Source: a phage. From it: a DNA stretch of 64,000 bases. Positions 1-9,015 of the stretch are shown here, one piece after another. A program made the translations under genes and the position numbers. Under the pieces are notes generated by a model that was given only the letters and a program-made list of their open reading frames with translations, was not told where the DNA came from and made no database searches. Positions within the stretch are counted from its first letter, which is position 1. Each line of letters begins with the position of its first letter. The DNA is taken from sequence record NC_094493.1; one strand, 5' to 3'.

Positions 1-1212
1 ATAAGCGATCTGCAGCAGAAGCGAATGCCTGACTGCAAGATACCTATGAAAATCAGCAATCAGGACGACATTAAGCGATACCTGATCAGTGCTGGTTGGC
101 TTCCGACAATGTGGAGAACTAAGGATGTAACTAAAGACAGCAAGAAGAAAGCTCTACCTGATGCAGATGTTGATGCACGAGTATATGCATACATGGACGA
201 GCTTTTAGAGTCAGAGTATTGTGACCTAATTATCAACTTCTGGAACAAAACTGATGCTAAGTTTCAGACAACAGTGCACAAGTTCCGAAGCTTTCCTAAC
301 TCCGAAAGGATTAAAAAGGAAGTATTCGGGAAAATACGTAGAAAAGCTAGGGCACTTATTACTTCTCCGCAACTGAAAGATACGTTTGGACACCTATGTC
401 CGAATCTTGAAAAATTGAACGGAGAGATGGCTAAGGATATCGTCTTGTGGTTATCCTTGCGAAACCGCAGATCGGTCCTTGATCCAATCAAGGAGGATAA
501 GGTTGATACTGGTCTTCTTAATCACCCACGCTTGAAGATTGACCATAAGCTTCCTGCTAAAAGCTCCGGATTAACAAACACTTCCAGACAGAAACACAGC
601 ATTTGTGCAAACATGCCTAAACCCTCTCCTAAAGTGGTTATGGGTAAGGAGATGCGTAGCTTGTGGGGTGTTCCTCCTGGATACTTTGAGATCGGTATTG
701 ACGGGTCCAACTTAGAGCAGCTTATCGGGGCTTGGGGTGCCTTTGAGTTCGACAACGGCTTGTATTATGATGTTGTAAGTAACGGGGACGCACACCAAAA
801 CAATGCTGAGGCATATACAAAAGTAGCAGGCAGAGAGGTGTCTCGTAACGACGGTAAACCTATCACGTATGGGGTTATGTACGGGGCACAAAAAGATAAA
901 GTTGCAGATATGCTGGACATCTCTCCAGAGTTGGGACAAAGGGTAATCGATGCACTCTGGGATGCCAACCCTGGTCTTAAGGGGCGCAAAGAGGATCTGG
1001 AGAAATTCTGGGAAGCAACAGGTAAGAAGTTTATCTACTCTTTTGATGGTCATGCTATCTGGACCCGATCTAAACACTCTTTACTTAATGCATACCAACA
1101 GAATGGTGGTGCATCGCTGTGTGACTTGGTTGGGATACTTATGCACCACCAAATGGTGAAGCGTGGGTGGTACGATGAAGGTGTTCGTCGTATTATTTAT
1201 TACCATAAATAA
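1..1212 (+). CDS. DNA polymerase, family A (Pol I/T7-like), C-terminal region; 5' end lies outside the window
   Basis: Frame is open from base 1. Motif A-like IDGSNLEQL and motif B-like RxxxxGKxITYGVMYG; segment after motif B aligns by eye with T7/Klenow up to just before motif C. No HDE motif before the stop. Confidence 0.65.
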   Translation: MSDLQQKRMPDCKIPMKISNQDDIKRYLISAGWLPTMWRTKDVTKDSKKKALPDADVDARVYAYMDELLESEYCDLIINFWNKTDAKFQTTVHKFRSFPNSERIKKEVFGKIRRKARALITSPQLKDTFGHLCPNLEKLNGEMAKDIVLWLSLRNRRSVLDPIKEDKVDTGLLNHPRLKIDHKLPAKSSGLTNTSRQKHSICANMPKPSPKVVMGKEMRSLWGVPPGYFEIGIDGSNLEQLIGAWGAFEFDNGLYYDVVSNGDAHQNNAEAYTKVAGREVSRNDGKPITYGVMYGAQKDKVADMLDISPELGQRVIDALWDANPGLKGRKEDLEKFWEATGKKFIYSFDGHAIWTRSKHSLLNAYQQNGGASLCDLVGILMHHQMVKRGWYDEGVRRIIYYHK

Positions 1213-1458
1213 CATTGTGGCTTCATAGAGTAATCTATGTCGAATAACCTCTTTAACTGCGGGAAGCCTAAACCTTATGGCAAGGTAATCCGCAACGAAG
1301 CGCTCAAAAGAGCGAACGCTCAGAGGCCATTCCGAAAGGAAGTAGACCAGCAAGTGCGGTCGAAATGGGAGGATTCCTGTGGTTGCTTATCATAGGAATA
1401 TGAGATGGTCCGATCCTACGTGAAAACGTATGGCTATGCACGTAATGGTGCGGGGTAG
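1213..1458 (+). other. Structured non-coding insert between the two polymerase ORFs; candidate group I intron
   Basis: In-frame stops separate two same-frame polymerase ORFs. Contains P-like TGCGGGAAG and Q-like AATCCGCAA elements in canonical order, plus several short hairpins with GAAA/GCAA loops. Confidence 0.3.
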
Positions 1459-1479
1459 CTTAACGACCTACCTGAACTA

Positions 1480-1836
1480 TTGGATGAGTACCAACTTCAA
1501 GTGCCTGACACACCGAAGTATAAGACTGTGTACACCTTCGACACAATTGAAGAACTGGAAGCATTTAAGGCAGAGCAGGAAGCCAAACTTCATGTGTTCG
1601 ACGGTCATAAGTACAAAAAGGCACGCAAGGATGAGGACGGAAACGAAGTGGTTGACAGAGACGGAAACACGGTGTACGATCCTATCCTGAACGATAACGG
1701 AAAGCTTGAACTTATCTGGAGCCCTGTGGGTGAAATGGTGGTGCATTGCTTCTGGCAAGCTTCTAAAATGATGGGAGTCCCGTTCCAGATCACAGGTGAA
1801 TACTTGTGTGGTAGTAACTGGGGTGATTGTCACTAA
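1480..1836 (+). CDS. DNA polymerase C-terminal segment (second ORF or exon 2)
   Basis: Same frame as 1-1212. Ends GVPFQITGEYLCGSNWGDCH, resembling family-A termini (T7 ...GPNWAICH, Klenow ...GENWDQAH). Listed start is TTG; frame is open back to 1459. Confidence 0.45.
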   Translation: MDEYQLQVPDTPKYKTVYTFDTIEELEAFKAEQEAKLHVFDGHKYKKARKDEDGNEVVDRDGNTVYDPILNDNGKLELIWSPVGEMVVHCFWQASKMMGVPFQITGEYLCGSNWGDCH

Positions 1837-1885
1837 TGTAAACTATCAGCACAGGGAGGTGCTGTTGAGCAAAGAGGAGACTTTT

Positions 1886-2170
1886 ATGGTAGTAGAGCCA
1901 ACAAAAACATTTACATCCATGACCATTCCTGTTATTATGCAGGTGGAGTGTGTTCAGGTATCTCAAGTGTGGCCTGGCACCAAAATCCCAACAGGGCCTG
2001 ATTTCTTTCAGGTTGGGAAAGTGTACAATGTCTGGAAGGCACCAGATTGTTACCCTTTCATTAAAGATGAACGTGGGATGCTGTGGTATCTTGGAAATGA
2101 CTTGACACTGCACCTTGGGAATGCTATTATTGCAGTATTCAGATTTAACAAGAAGGAGACCGATCAATGA
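1886..2170 (+). CDS. hypothetical protein
   Basis: ORF with RBS aagaggaga before internal ATG at 1886; same-strand gene-dense context. Confidence 0.4.
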   Translation: MVVEPTKTFTSMTIPVIMQVECVQVSQVWPGTKIPTGPDFFQVGKVYNVWKAPDCYPFIKDERGMLWYLGNDLTLHLGNAIIAVFRFNKKETDQ

Positions 2171-2394
2171 CGACTTTGGTTAAAGCTACCTTTGTAGAAG
2201 AAAAGATGACAGACATGTCATTCTTTAAAGAAGGAAAGACCTACGAGGTTTATTACGATAAAGCTCGTGCAAACAAAATGATTAAAGACGAGGAAGGGGT
2301 TGACTGGTATATCTCTCACCTGGCAAACGGTGAGTATCATATCTACGGAACCACTTTGCTTGCCAAGTTTGTAGTTGTTGAAGAGGACCTATGA
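2167..2394 (+). CDS. hypothetical protein
   Basis: ORF, RBS aaggaga, ATGA overlap with upstream gene. Confidence 0.5.
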   Translation: MTTLVKATFVEEKMTDMSFFKEGKTYEVYYDKARANKMIKDEEGVDWYISHLANGEYHIYGTTLLAKFVVVEEDL

Positions 2395-2585
2395 AAGTAA
2401 AGTATCTTGCTGAAGGTATGAATAGGTATTTTACCCTTGGTGAAGAATATTGGCCCTTTACAAACAACGGCGATGTCTACGTGAAAGATAATTTCGGCAC
2501 GCCGTGGTTTCTGCACTCTAATGGGCTGGGATACTCCATTTACTGCGGTGCAGTGAACAACACAACTCTTGCAGAGTTCGTTTAG
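2391..2585 (+). CDS. hypothetical protein
   Basis: ORF with ATGA stop-start overlap to upstream gene. Confidence 0.45.
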   Translation: MKVKYLAEGMNRYFTLGEEYWPFTNNGDVYVKDNFGTPWFLHSNGLGYSIYCGAVNNTTLAEFV

Positions 2586-2595
2586 AGGAGGTAGG

Positions 2596-2967
2596 ATGTT
2601 AGTAAAAGGTACCCACACAGTCAAACAACGTATTGAAGTTGAGATTGATGATTGTGAGCTGAAGCATATTTTACGGTCATGCTCCAACGTTTTGCTCCTT
2701 AGTATTCTTCAGGAGCGAGCGGAGAATGAGTTCTTAAATGCATTGGCAGGCCGTCCCGGTGACTTCTGTGTGCGTAAGCGTGGTGACAACAAGTCATGGT
2801 TGTGGGAAATCGATGCCGACTGGGATTACCACAAAAATGAGGGTATAGATGAGCCTATTCGTGAACTGACTGAAAACGAAGTTCAGATGTACGAAGATGT
2901 TTGCCAGTGGGCAAAAAGTCAACAAACCTACCTTGATCCTTGGTGGATGATTGAAAATAGTCGTTGA
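2596..2967 (+). CDS. hypothetical protein
   Basis: ORF; start moved to ATG at 2596, preceded by RBS gaggaggtagg. Confidence 0.5.
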   Translation: MLVKGTHTVKQRIEVEIDDCELKHILRSCSNVLLLSILQERAENEFLNALAGRPGDFCVRKRGDNKSWLWEIDADWDYHKNEGIDEPIRELTENEVQMYEDVCQWAKSQQTYLDPWWMIENSR

Positions 2968-3043
2968 CAAGAAGTAAGGTTAGATGTAAGATACTCCTCA
3001 CAAACAGAGTATTGATTGTTAAATAATTAAGGAGACCTCTAAG

Positions 3044-3298
3044 ATGAAAATCATGTTGAAACCAGAATGCGTTGCAAACGACCGAGCTTTTAAAGATTGC
3101 ACACTTGGCGCTACTTATGAAGCAGAGTTTTGTGAGAACCCTTTGGTAAAAGCCCTTTTGGAAGAAGGGGCCCCTCTATCACAAGAAGAGCTTGATGAGC
3201 TGGAAAACTCAGCACAGTGCCTTACCTTTAAAGATGATGAAGGAGACTCTGTCTGGTGCACTGTTAACGAAGTAGTTTTTGTAAAAACTGAACATTAA
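3044..3298 (+). CDS. hypothetical protein (paralogue of 3362-3619)
   Basis: Promoter-like TTGACA ~2962 upstream; RBS taaggaga; shares AF(K/R)DCT and C-terminal (V/F)CT motifs with the next gene. Confidence 0.55.
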   Translation: MKIMLKPECVANDRAFKDCTLGATYEAEFCENPLVKALLEEGAPLSQEELDELENSAQCLTFKDDEGDSVWCTVNEVVFVKTEH

Positions 3299-3361
3299 TA
3301 CTTGACAACAGCGATAGGACCTAATACAATGGTCCTATCAAAACGAAAGGGGACCACAGCA

Positions 3362-3619
3362 ATGACCAAACAATATCAACGAATTAAAGCCAAGGTTAAG
3401 CCAGACTACCTAGAGAAGGACTCTGCTTTTCGGGACTGCACAGCTGACAAAGTTTACACAGGGGCCGTCCTGTTGAACGATAAACTTGAAGTAGATGTGC
3501 TGGGTAAAGAGGCCGTTATCGAGGATGACAACGGTGACTGTGTTTTCTGCACCACACGGGAGCTAGAAGTCTTAGAATACTTCGGTGAAATCTTCAACTC
3601 CTTAGACGAGGAAGCGTAA
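3362..3619 (+). CDS. hypothetical protein (paralogue of 3044-3298)
   Basis: Start placed downstream of promoter 3302-3330; RBS aaagggga; paralogous motifs with upstream gene. Confidence 0.5.
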   Translation: MTKQYQRIKAKVKPDYLEKDSAFRDCTADKVYTGAVLLNDKLEVDVLGKEAVIEDDNGDCVFCTTRELEVLEYFGEIFNSLDEEA

Positions 3620-4008
3620 TGAAAAATATTTGGGATATCGATATCTTTGAAGCCTCTAAGCTTGACGGTGCTGATGGAGTGATTATGGTGTCTGATGGTA
3701 AGGCAACACTAACTTCCGGAGATATCATCTATGCCTTGGACGAGCTGGCGCTTCTGAAATCTACCGGTAACACTTTGGAGGAGCGTCTTCAAGGATTCGC
3801 TTTCAAAGAAGGTACAAATACAGCCATGATGTGCACCACGCGGACAGTTCAGGTTGGTAACGGTGTCTATATGATTATTGCTGTGTGTCCTAAATTCAGC
3901 AACGTCAACAAAGATGATGCTGACGCGGTCAACGATGTGGTTGTTCTCTTCGTGGGTGACGCTATGGCAGATCTGATGAATGCAGGAGAAGCAGCAAATG
4001 AAGACTGA
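3619..4008 (+). CDS. hypothetical protein
   Basis: ORF, start overlaps upstream stop (TAATG). Confidence 0.5.
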   Translation: MKNIWDIDIFEASKLDGADGVIMVSDGKATLTSGDIIYALDELALLKSTGNTLEERLQGFAFKEGTNTAMMCTTRTVQVGNGVYMIIAVCPKFSNVNKDDADAVNDVVVLFVGDAMADLMNAGEAANED

Positions 4009-4300
4009 AAACATCACCCCAGCAGGGTTCTTAAAAGTATACCGTGAACTGCTATATACTACAGAGGACAGTGTTCTAGAGTATCCAGAATATCTTTTGC
4101 TGTATAAGTATCTGCAGGAGGCTGGTGAAAATCTGCCAGTTAGTGCAGAAGGTGGTCCAAACTGGATATACAGCGCATGGAGAAAGGTTGACATTCTCCC
4201 AGACCCAGGTAAAGATATGGTAGTTTGGCAGCTTATCAACAACATCGGGATTCCAATCTTTGATGAAGCTGTTAAAATCTATTTTGAACTTGACGATTAA
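3998..4300 (+). CDS. hypothetical protein
   Basis: ORF; RBS aggagaagc before ATG at 3998. Confidence 0.45.
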   Translation: MKTENITPAGFLKVYRELLYTTEDSVLEYPEYLLLYKYLQEAGENLPVSAEGGPNWIYSAWRKVDILPDPGKDMVVWQLINNIGIPIFDEAVKIYFELDD

Positions 4301-4317
4301 TATCAGGAGACCTTAAG

Positions 4318-4563
4318 ATGGCTGAAGTAGTTGCTCGCGCAGGACAGAAAGTACGTTGTGTGGAAGTAGGTTTTGGTGGCAAAGGGTGTCAAAACTTGAC
4401 TCAAGGTAAGGAATACGCTGTTATTTCTGGTGGTGGCGACGAGAGTATTGTGTTCGAGGGCCACATCCTGGATGCTGAAAACTTTGAAATCTTTGACGAC
4501 GATGGAGATCCGATCACCTGCCTGCTGGACGGGAATTGGGGAACTTTCGAAGTGATTGGCTAA
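4318..4563 (+). CDS. hypothetical protein
   Basis: ORF with RBS caggagacc. Confidence 0.5.
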   Translation: MAEVVARAGQKVRCVEVGFGGKGCQNLTQGKEYAVISGGGDESIVFEGHILDAENFEIFDDDGDPITCLLDGNWGTFEVIG

Positions 4564-4646
4564 CAAATACCTATTGTAATTTACAGAAGGGGATGCTAAA
4601 ATAGTGTCTCCTTCTATGTTGTTCAAATAAAATCGGAGATTCCATA

Positions 4647-5012
4647 ATGGAACAAATGAACGATCAAGCGTCGGTTGCGATGAACGAGCAAGAACAACCT
4701 CAAGAATTTTTCTTAGGGTTAAGTAAAGATCAAGTGTCTCTTCTGCTAGTGCTTTCTTCTTTCATGGGAAGACTTCAGGAGCTCACACAACAGCCAGAGG
4801 CTGAACAATTATTCCAAGCTTTGCGTGAAGAAGAAAAATATCGTCGTTTGGACTATGCCTTAGGTTGGGTAGCTCAACAACGGGATATGCTGATGGCCCT
4901 CTCTGGGACCACAAGTTTTGCAATGGGCCTGTTGGCTCAAGTTCAGGACAAATTAATTCAAGCAGGGTTCGCACACACGGCAAGCACTAACGAAGAACAA
5001 GGAGACAAATAA
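4647..5012 (+). CDS. hypothetical protein
   Basis: ORF with RBS aatcggaga; ATGA overlap with next gene. Confidence 0.5.
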   Translation: MEQMNDQASVAMNEQEQPQEFFLGLSKDQVSLLLVLSSFMGRLQELTQQPEAEQLFQALREEEKYRRLDYALGWVAQQRDMLMALSGTTSFAMGLLAQVQDKLIQAGFAHTASTNEEQGDK

Positions 5013-6238
5013 TGAGCGTTATTCAACAATTCGCTAACCCAATGAATCCGCGTGAAACTGTTTTACTAGCTCACGGCATGATTAAACGTGTTAGCATCAA
5101 GCCTATTAAAGGTGCTGATCCTACAACAGGTATTAAAACCACTGTGTGGCAAGGTAAGAAAATTGAATCCAGCCACACCATCTCTTTACTGATTTCTGAA
5201 CTGGATTCCTCTGATAACCTGCTTCAAGGTGGTGAAGAAGTCTGGATCAGCATGGGTGATAAGCTGCTTAAACCAGGTCATCAAGACTCTGTCTCTGTTA
5301 AGATTGATGACAAGTGGGAAACCGTAACGCCAGGATGGATCGTAAATATCCCTTTGAAGGCAAACGAGCATAACGGTAAGACCTATTACAAGGGCTCACT
5401 GGCTAAGATGGTTAAGCTGGGTGCAGGAGAGGCTCCAGCAGCGACTCAGCAGCAAAAACAGCAACAAGGTGCACAATCACAAGGCCAGAAGCAGAAACCT
5501 CAGCAGAATGCCAATCAGGACGTTTTACGCATCTATGGTGATGTGACTCAGATTGTTGGCAACGTGGTTACTGTTAATGACCACAAGATTGGCGAAGGTG
5601 CTATGGTTGTAACTGATGAGCAGCTTAAAGACCTGGTGGTAGGTGGTCGTGTTGCAGCCATTGTTGACAAAGACACCGGAAACATTATCAGTGGTTTCAA
5701 GGCCTATCCCCCTAAGGCAGAGAACGGCACTCAAGGATCTGGTGGCAAGCGTAAATCCTCTTACGACCCTATCGGTGTGGAAACGGGGCATAGCATCAAT
5801 GCGTTGCAGATCATCCTGGATCGCGGGTTTAAGGTAGACGACCCACTGGGCGTGGCTAAAACACTGCACGTAGTCACCATTGAGCTTAAGAAAGAGTATG
5901 CTCAAGCCACCAACCGAACTGAAGATGAAGTAGGTGCCAGTGTCGGTAATGCGGTGTTGAACGCTTGTCGCCGTATTGACAAGAAAACGAAAGTTGATGA
6001 TTTTGCAGCGGCAATTACTGCAGAAGCAAAAGATGTCTTGACTAATCTGGCTGAACCGTTGTACGATTGGATCAAGAACGGTGCTGGGTCAACCGACCAT
6101 CAAGAACCTCAGGCTGCCAAACAGGAAGCAGCTCCACAGCAAAACACTGTAGACGCTCCTCCTGTAAATGATGCGGAAGATGACCCAATGGATCAGAATC
6201 CAGCACAGTACGCCTTTGATGATGACATCCCTTTTTAA
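5012..6238 (+). CDS. Hypothetical protein with Gln-rich linker and host-SSB-like acidic C-terminal tail (possible ssDNA-binding or SSB-mimic protein)
   Basis: 408 aa ORF; C-terminus ...YAFDDDIPF matches the conserved E. coli SSB C-terminal peptide; Q-rich low-complexity linker; hairpin plus T-run after the stop. Confidence 0.6.
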   Translation: MSVIQQFANPMNPRETVLLAHGMIKRVSIKPIKGADPTTGIKTTVWQGKKIESSHTISLLISELDSSDNLLQGGEEVWISMGDKLLKPGHQDSVSVKIDDKWETVTPGWIVNIPLKANEHNGKTYYKGSLAKMVKLGAGEAPAATQQQKQQQGAQSQGQKQKPQQNANQDVLRIYGDVTQIVGNVVTVNDHKIGEGAMVVTDEQLKDLVVGGRVAAIVDKDTGNIISGFKAYPPKAENGTQGSGGKRKSSYDPIGVETGHSINALQIILDRGFKVDDPLGVAKTLHVVTIELKKEYAQATNRTEDEVGASVGNAVLNACRRIDKKTKVDDFAAAITAEAKDVLTNLAEPLYDWIKNGAGSTDHQEPQAAKQEAAPQQNTVDAPPVNDAEDDPMDQNPAQYAFDDDIPF

Positions 6239-6252
6239 CAATTAGTTAACAT

Positions 6253-6282
6253 AGCCCTGCCCGAAAGGGTGGGGCATTTTTG
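6253..6282 (+). terminator. Putative intrinsic terminator
   Basis: GC hairpin (ctgccc gaaa gggtgg) followed by a T-run, directly after the stop at 6238. Confidence 0.4.
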
Positions 6283-6300
6283 TATAAGGAGATCTGAAAA

Positions 6301-6717
6301 ATGACATTAGAAGATATCATTGTTAAACCTGAGAACTATGACCAATACAACCTGTCAACTCAATCTGTAGACCTCGGATGCGCCACAGTCAGTGCATGGC
6401 TGGTTAACGGAAAAGAGCTTGACGAGTGCCTAGAAGCACACATGTCGGTGAATAAATTTCTTGATGAAAATACCCACTGGCTAGAGGGTGCAGGAGTATA
6501 TGCTTCATGGTTGGAGAGTATGGGATTCGACTACCAATCTGAAGAGGGGTGGTGGAGCTATTTAGCTATCTGCCCAGAGACGCTGCAATGCTTCATGAAA
6601 TATTCTGAAGATTTGGAGTACCGGGCGGTGGTTGATAGTGCCATTGCCCGTTATAGCCGTAAACCTTTTTCCCACGACATTAAAACTGTGGAAGAATTTG
6701 TTGAAGTTTTCTGTTGA
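6301..6717 (+). CDS. hypothetical protein
   Basis: ORF with RBS aaggagatctgaaaa ATG. Confidence 0.5.
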   Translation: MTLEDIIVKPENYDQYNLSTQSVDLGCATVSAWLVNGKELDECLEAHMSVNKFLDENTHWLEGAGVYASWLESMGFDYQSEEGWWSYLAICPETLQCFMKYSEDLEYRAVVDSAIARYSRKPFSHDIKTVEEFVEVFC

Positions 6718-6813
6718 CACAGGTTGAAAGGTGTGCAATTATAACTTCATATAACGGGAGGACGCGATGAACGAAGAAAACTGGGATGTATAACTAACAG
6801 GAGGCCACTGCCC

Positions 6814-7011
6814 ATGATTTATCGAATCCGTGTAAGAGAAGATGCACCAGGCTGTTACTTTGACTGGCGTGGGTGGTGGTTTCTCCACCCAATGGATGGA
6901 CTCACAGATAGAATGCTGGATGCTGCCCTTTACACAGATACCGACATAGAATATAATCTCTATCTGAAGGACGGTATAGATAACGGCCTGTTTGAAGCAA
7001 TTCCTGTGTAA
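6814..7011 (+). CDS. hypothetical protein
   Basis: ORF with RBS acaggagg; promoter-like TTGACA at ~6714. Confidence 0.45.
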   Translation: MIYRIRVREDAPGCYFDWRGWWFLHPMDGLTDRMLDAALYTDTDIEYNLYLKDGIDNGLFEAIPV

Positions 7012-7079
7012 GAGACTGTGATAACTATGTTTTATGATCTTCCTGTAGCGCCACCACCTGTTGAACCCGGAGAACTAAG

Positions 7080-7505
7080 ATGATTTATGAAATGCCAAAA
7101 CTGATTCGTGACGATGCCCAAAACGCTCACACCATTATTATGGGCAAACGCATGGATATTATTTGTCATAAAGATTTCTGGGAAGGAAGTTACTTCACAG
7201 AGTATTTTGGTAAACTGGACAATGGTCTGCTGATCCAGTTCTACACCGATGCGGAAAACAATATCTGCTGGGAGTTCGAAACTGAAGATATCCATAAACT
7301 TTTCACCTTCCTCGGTATTAAGGTTGAGGCCAAGTTTGAAGAAGGTGAGTGCGACGATTGTGGATTCTACGAGGTAACAGATTTCTACCTCCCGAGCGGT
7401 GAGAACCTTTACTATGAAAGCCACTTCGGTAACTCCAATATGCCACAGTGCTGGACTGAGTTTTTTGAAATTGCGGAAGAGGAGCTGGCATACCGTGATT
7501 ATTGA
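7080..7505 (+). CDS. hypothetical protein
   Basis: ORF with RBS ccggagaac. Confidence 0.5.
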   Translation: MIYEMPKLIRDDAQNAHTIIMGKRMDIICHKDFWEGSYFTEYFGKLDNGLLIQFYTDAENNICWEFETEDIHKLFTFLGIKVEAKFEEGECDDCGFYEVTDFYLPSGENLYYESHFGNSNMPQCWTEFFEIAEEELAYRDY

Positions 7506-7953
7506 TACTGTAGGGGGAGATCTAATCTCTCTTTTCAAGAAAGGGTCGGGCCACATGATCCACGGTTGTAACTGCTTTCACACAATGGGTGCAGGCATAG
7601 CGAAAGACATTGCCCGTGAGTTCCCTCAAGCACTGGCAGCCGACAAAGAGACTGCTTATGGTAATCTAGACAAGCTGGGTATGTTTTCTTGTTGGGAGCA
7701 TTTTGCCAAGAACAGGGTCGTATATGGAATCAACCTGTATACCCAGTTCTACCCAGGGCCCAATGCTGAATACTTCTCAATCATGAAAGGTTTTGAGCGA
7801 GTCAACGAGGTATTCAAAGGTGTGTCATTGCCGTTCTACATTCCTAAAATCGGATGCGGTATTGGCGGTCTAAAGTGGGAACATGTAGAAGATGTAATTA
7901 ATCTTGCAACCACAGATATTGATGTGGTTGTAGTAGAGTACAAAAAGTGTTGA
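7495..7953 (+). CDS. Macro domain protein (ADP-ribose binding / putative ADP-ribosyl hydrolase)
   Basis: Macro-domain signature VIIDTVGGDL...HGCNCFHTMGAGIAKDIA and GCGIGG. Start uncertain: GTG at 7495 overlapping the upstream stop, or ATG at 7552. Confidence 0.55.
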   Translation: MIIDTVGGDLISLFKKGSGHMIHGCNCFHTMGAGIAKDIAREFPQALAADKETAYGNLDKLGMFSCWEHFAKNRVVYGINLYTQFYPGPNAEYFSIMKGFERVNEVFKGVSLPFYIPKIGCGIGGLKWEHVEDVINLATTDIDVVVVEYKKC

Positions 7954-8007
7954 CGACCATCTTCTGAGGTGATATAGTCTCCACAACAACTAAGAGAGGA
8001 GAGCACT

Positions 8008-8178
8008 GTGGAGACTAAAATCTTAATTCTTGCTGTGGTAGATACAACCGAAGGAGCTATATTCGAATCTGCAGGAGGGTATTTCTACCTACCATACGGA
8101 AAAAGAACTTCCGAGCCAAGTAAAGATTCAATCCGCAAAGTGTTCCCGTGTGCTTTCTGGCTGGAGATTTTGGTATAA
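8008..8178 (+). CDS. small hypothetical protein
   Basis: 56 aa ORF, GTG start after RBS gagaggagagc; promoter-like TTGACG at ~7951. Below the ORF-track size cut-off. Confidence 0.25.
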   Translation: METKILILAVVDTTEGAIFESAGGYFYLPYGKRTSEPSKDSIRKVFPCAFWLEILV

Positions 8179-8204
8179 GATTGCAGAGGATTTGGGAGAG
8201 AATT

Positions 8205-8399
8205 ATGAGAAACAAGAAAGAGCTTTACTCTGGTGAGTGGATCAACGATCAACAGGTGGGAGAGGTAACCTGCTTCCGATGTTTTACCAGGTACAATCTT
8301 AAAACTGCACCAAAAAGTGTTCCAAAGACTGATGGTTATTACATAAAAGAACCTTATTGCCCAAAATGTAAATGCCGATTATACTGGAGTAACCTGTAA
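8205..8399 (+). CDS. small zinc-ribbon protein
   Basis: RBS gggagag before ATG at 8205; CxxC...CPKCKC cysteine pairs. Confidence 0.45.
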   Translation: MRNKKELYSGEWINDQQVGEVTCFRCFTRYNLKTAPKSVPKTDGYYIKEPYCPKCKCRLYWSNL

Positions 8400-8403
8400 A
8401 AGA

Positions 8404-8432
8404 TTGACATCTGAAAACTGCAGTGTATAATA
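8404..8432 (+). promoter_or_regulatory. sigma70 consensus promoter
   Basis: TTGACA, 17 bp spacer, TATAAT; perfect consensus, T5-early-promoter-like. Confidence 0.55.
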
Positions 8433-8462
8433 TATGCATAAACTAACAGAGAGTGATGTATT

Positions 8463-8654
8463 ATGGTAATTTTTAACCGGGATGGTATCATAGTTAGACA
8501 GCACCCGTTCCTTGAATACTATCAAATTGAGCAATGGTGCTACGGGGATTGCAGTCACTCCTATGGGCAAAGTTGGGGATATCGTACAGTTTTTGAATCC
8601 ACAGACCTTGACAAAGTAAGACAGAAAGTTTTAGAACTTATTAACAACAAGTGA
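8463..8654 (+). CDS. hypothetical protein
   Basis: ORF downstream of consensus promoter 8404-8432. Confidence 0.5.
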   Translation: MVIFNRDGIIVRQHPFLEYYQIEQWCYGDCSHSYGQSWGYRTVFESTDLDKVRQKVLELINNK

Positions 8655-8661
8655 GTATGAT

Positions 8662-8994
8662 ATGGTAACATTAGAAAGACGTAAAGCTATCGCCGCCACA
8701 CTGGCAGACATCTTTTGGGAGTGCAATTTAAAAGATACTAGATATTGTGGCGCATCTGTAGATGCATTGTTCCCACGGCCTACTATTGTTGCAATGGGCA
8801 ACCTGCTCGATGTGGTATATGGAGCATGGGACAAGGAAGGTGGATTCTATATCTGGCAACCTGACTACGGGACTTGGAAAGAGGTTAGTGGTTCTTCGGA
8901 CTTCACTCCTGCAGTGGCTAAAATGGATGGCTGGAAAATCTATGTCGGTAACGACATGGAACTGAAAGGCGAAATTGTTTACTGGTTACCTTAA
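8662..8994 (+). CDS. hypothetical protein
   Basis: ORF, same-strand context. Confidence 0.5.
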   Translation: MVTLERRKAIAATLADIFWECNLKDTRYCGASVDALFPRPTIVAMGNLLDVVYGAWDKEGGFYIWQPDYGTWKEVSGSSDFTPAVAKMDGWKIYVGNDMELKGEIVYWLP

Positions 8995-9015
8995 GAAAGT
9001 CCAGGAGATAAAGTT

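Noticed and set aside
1430-1690. 86 aa ORF on the + strand
   Set aside because: It is out of frame with the polymerase C-terminal ORF, which has a conserved family-A terminus, and begins inside the putative intron.
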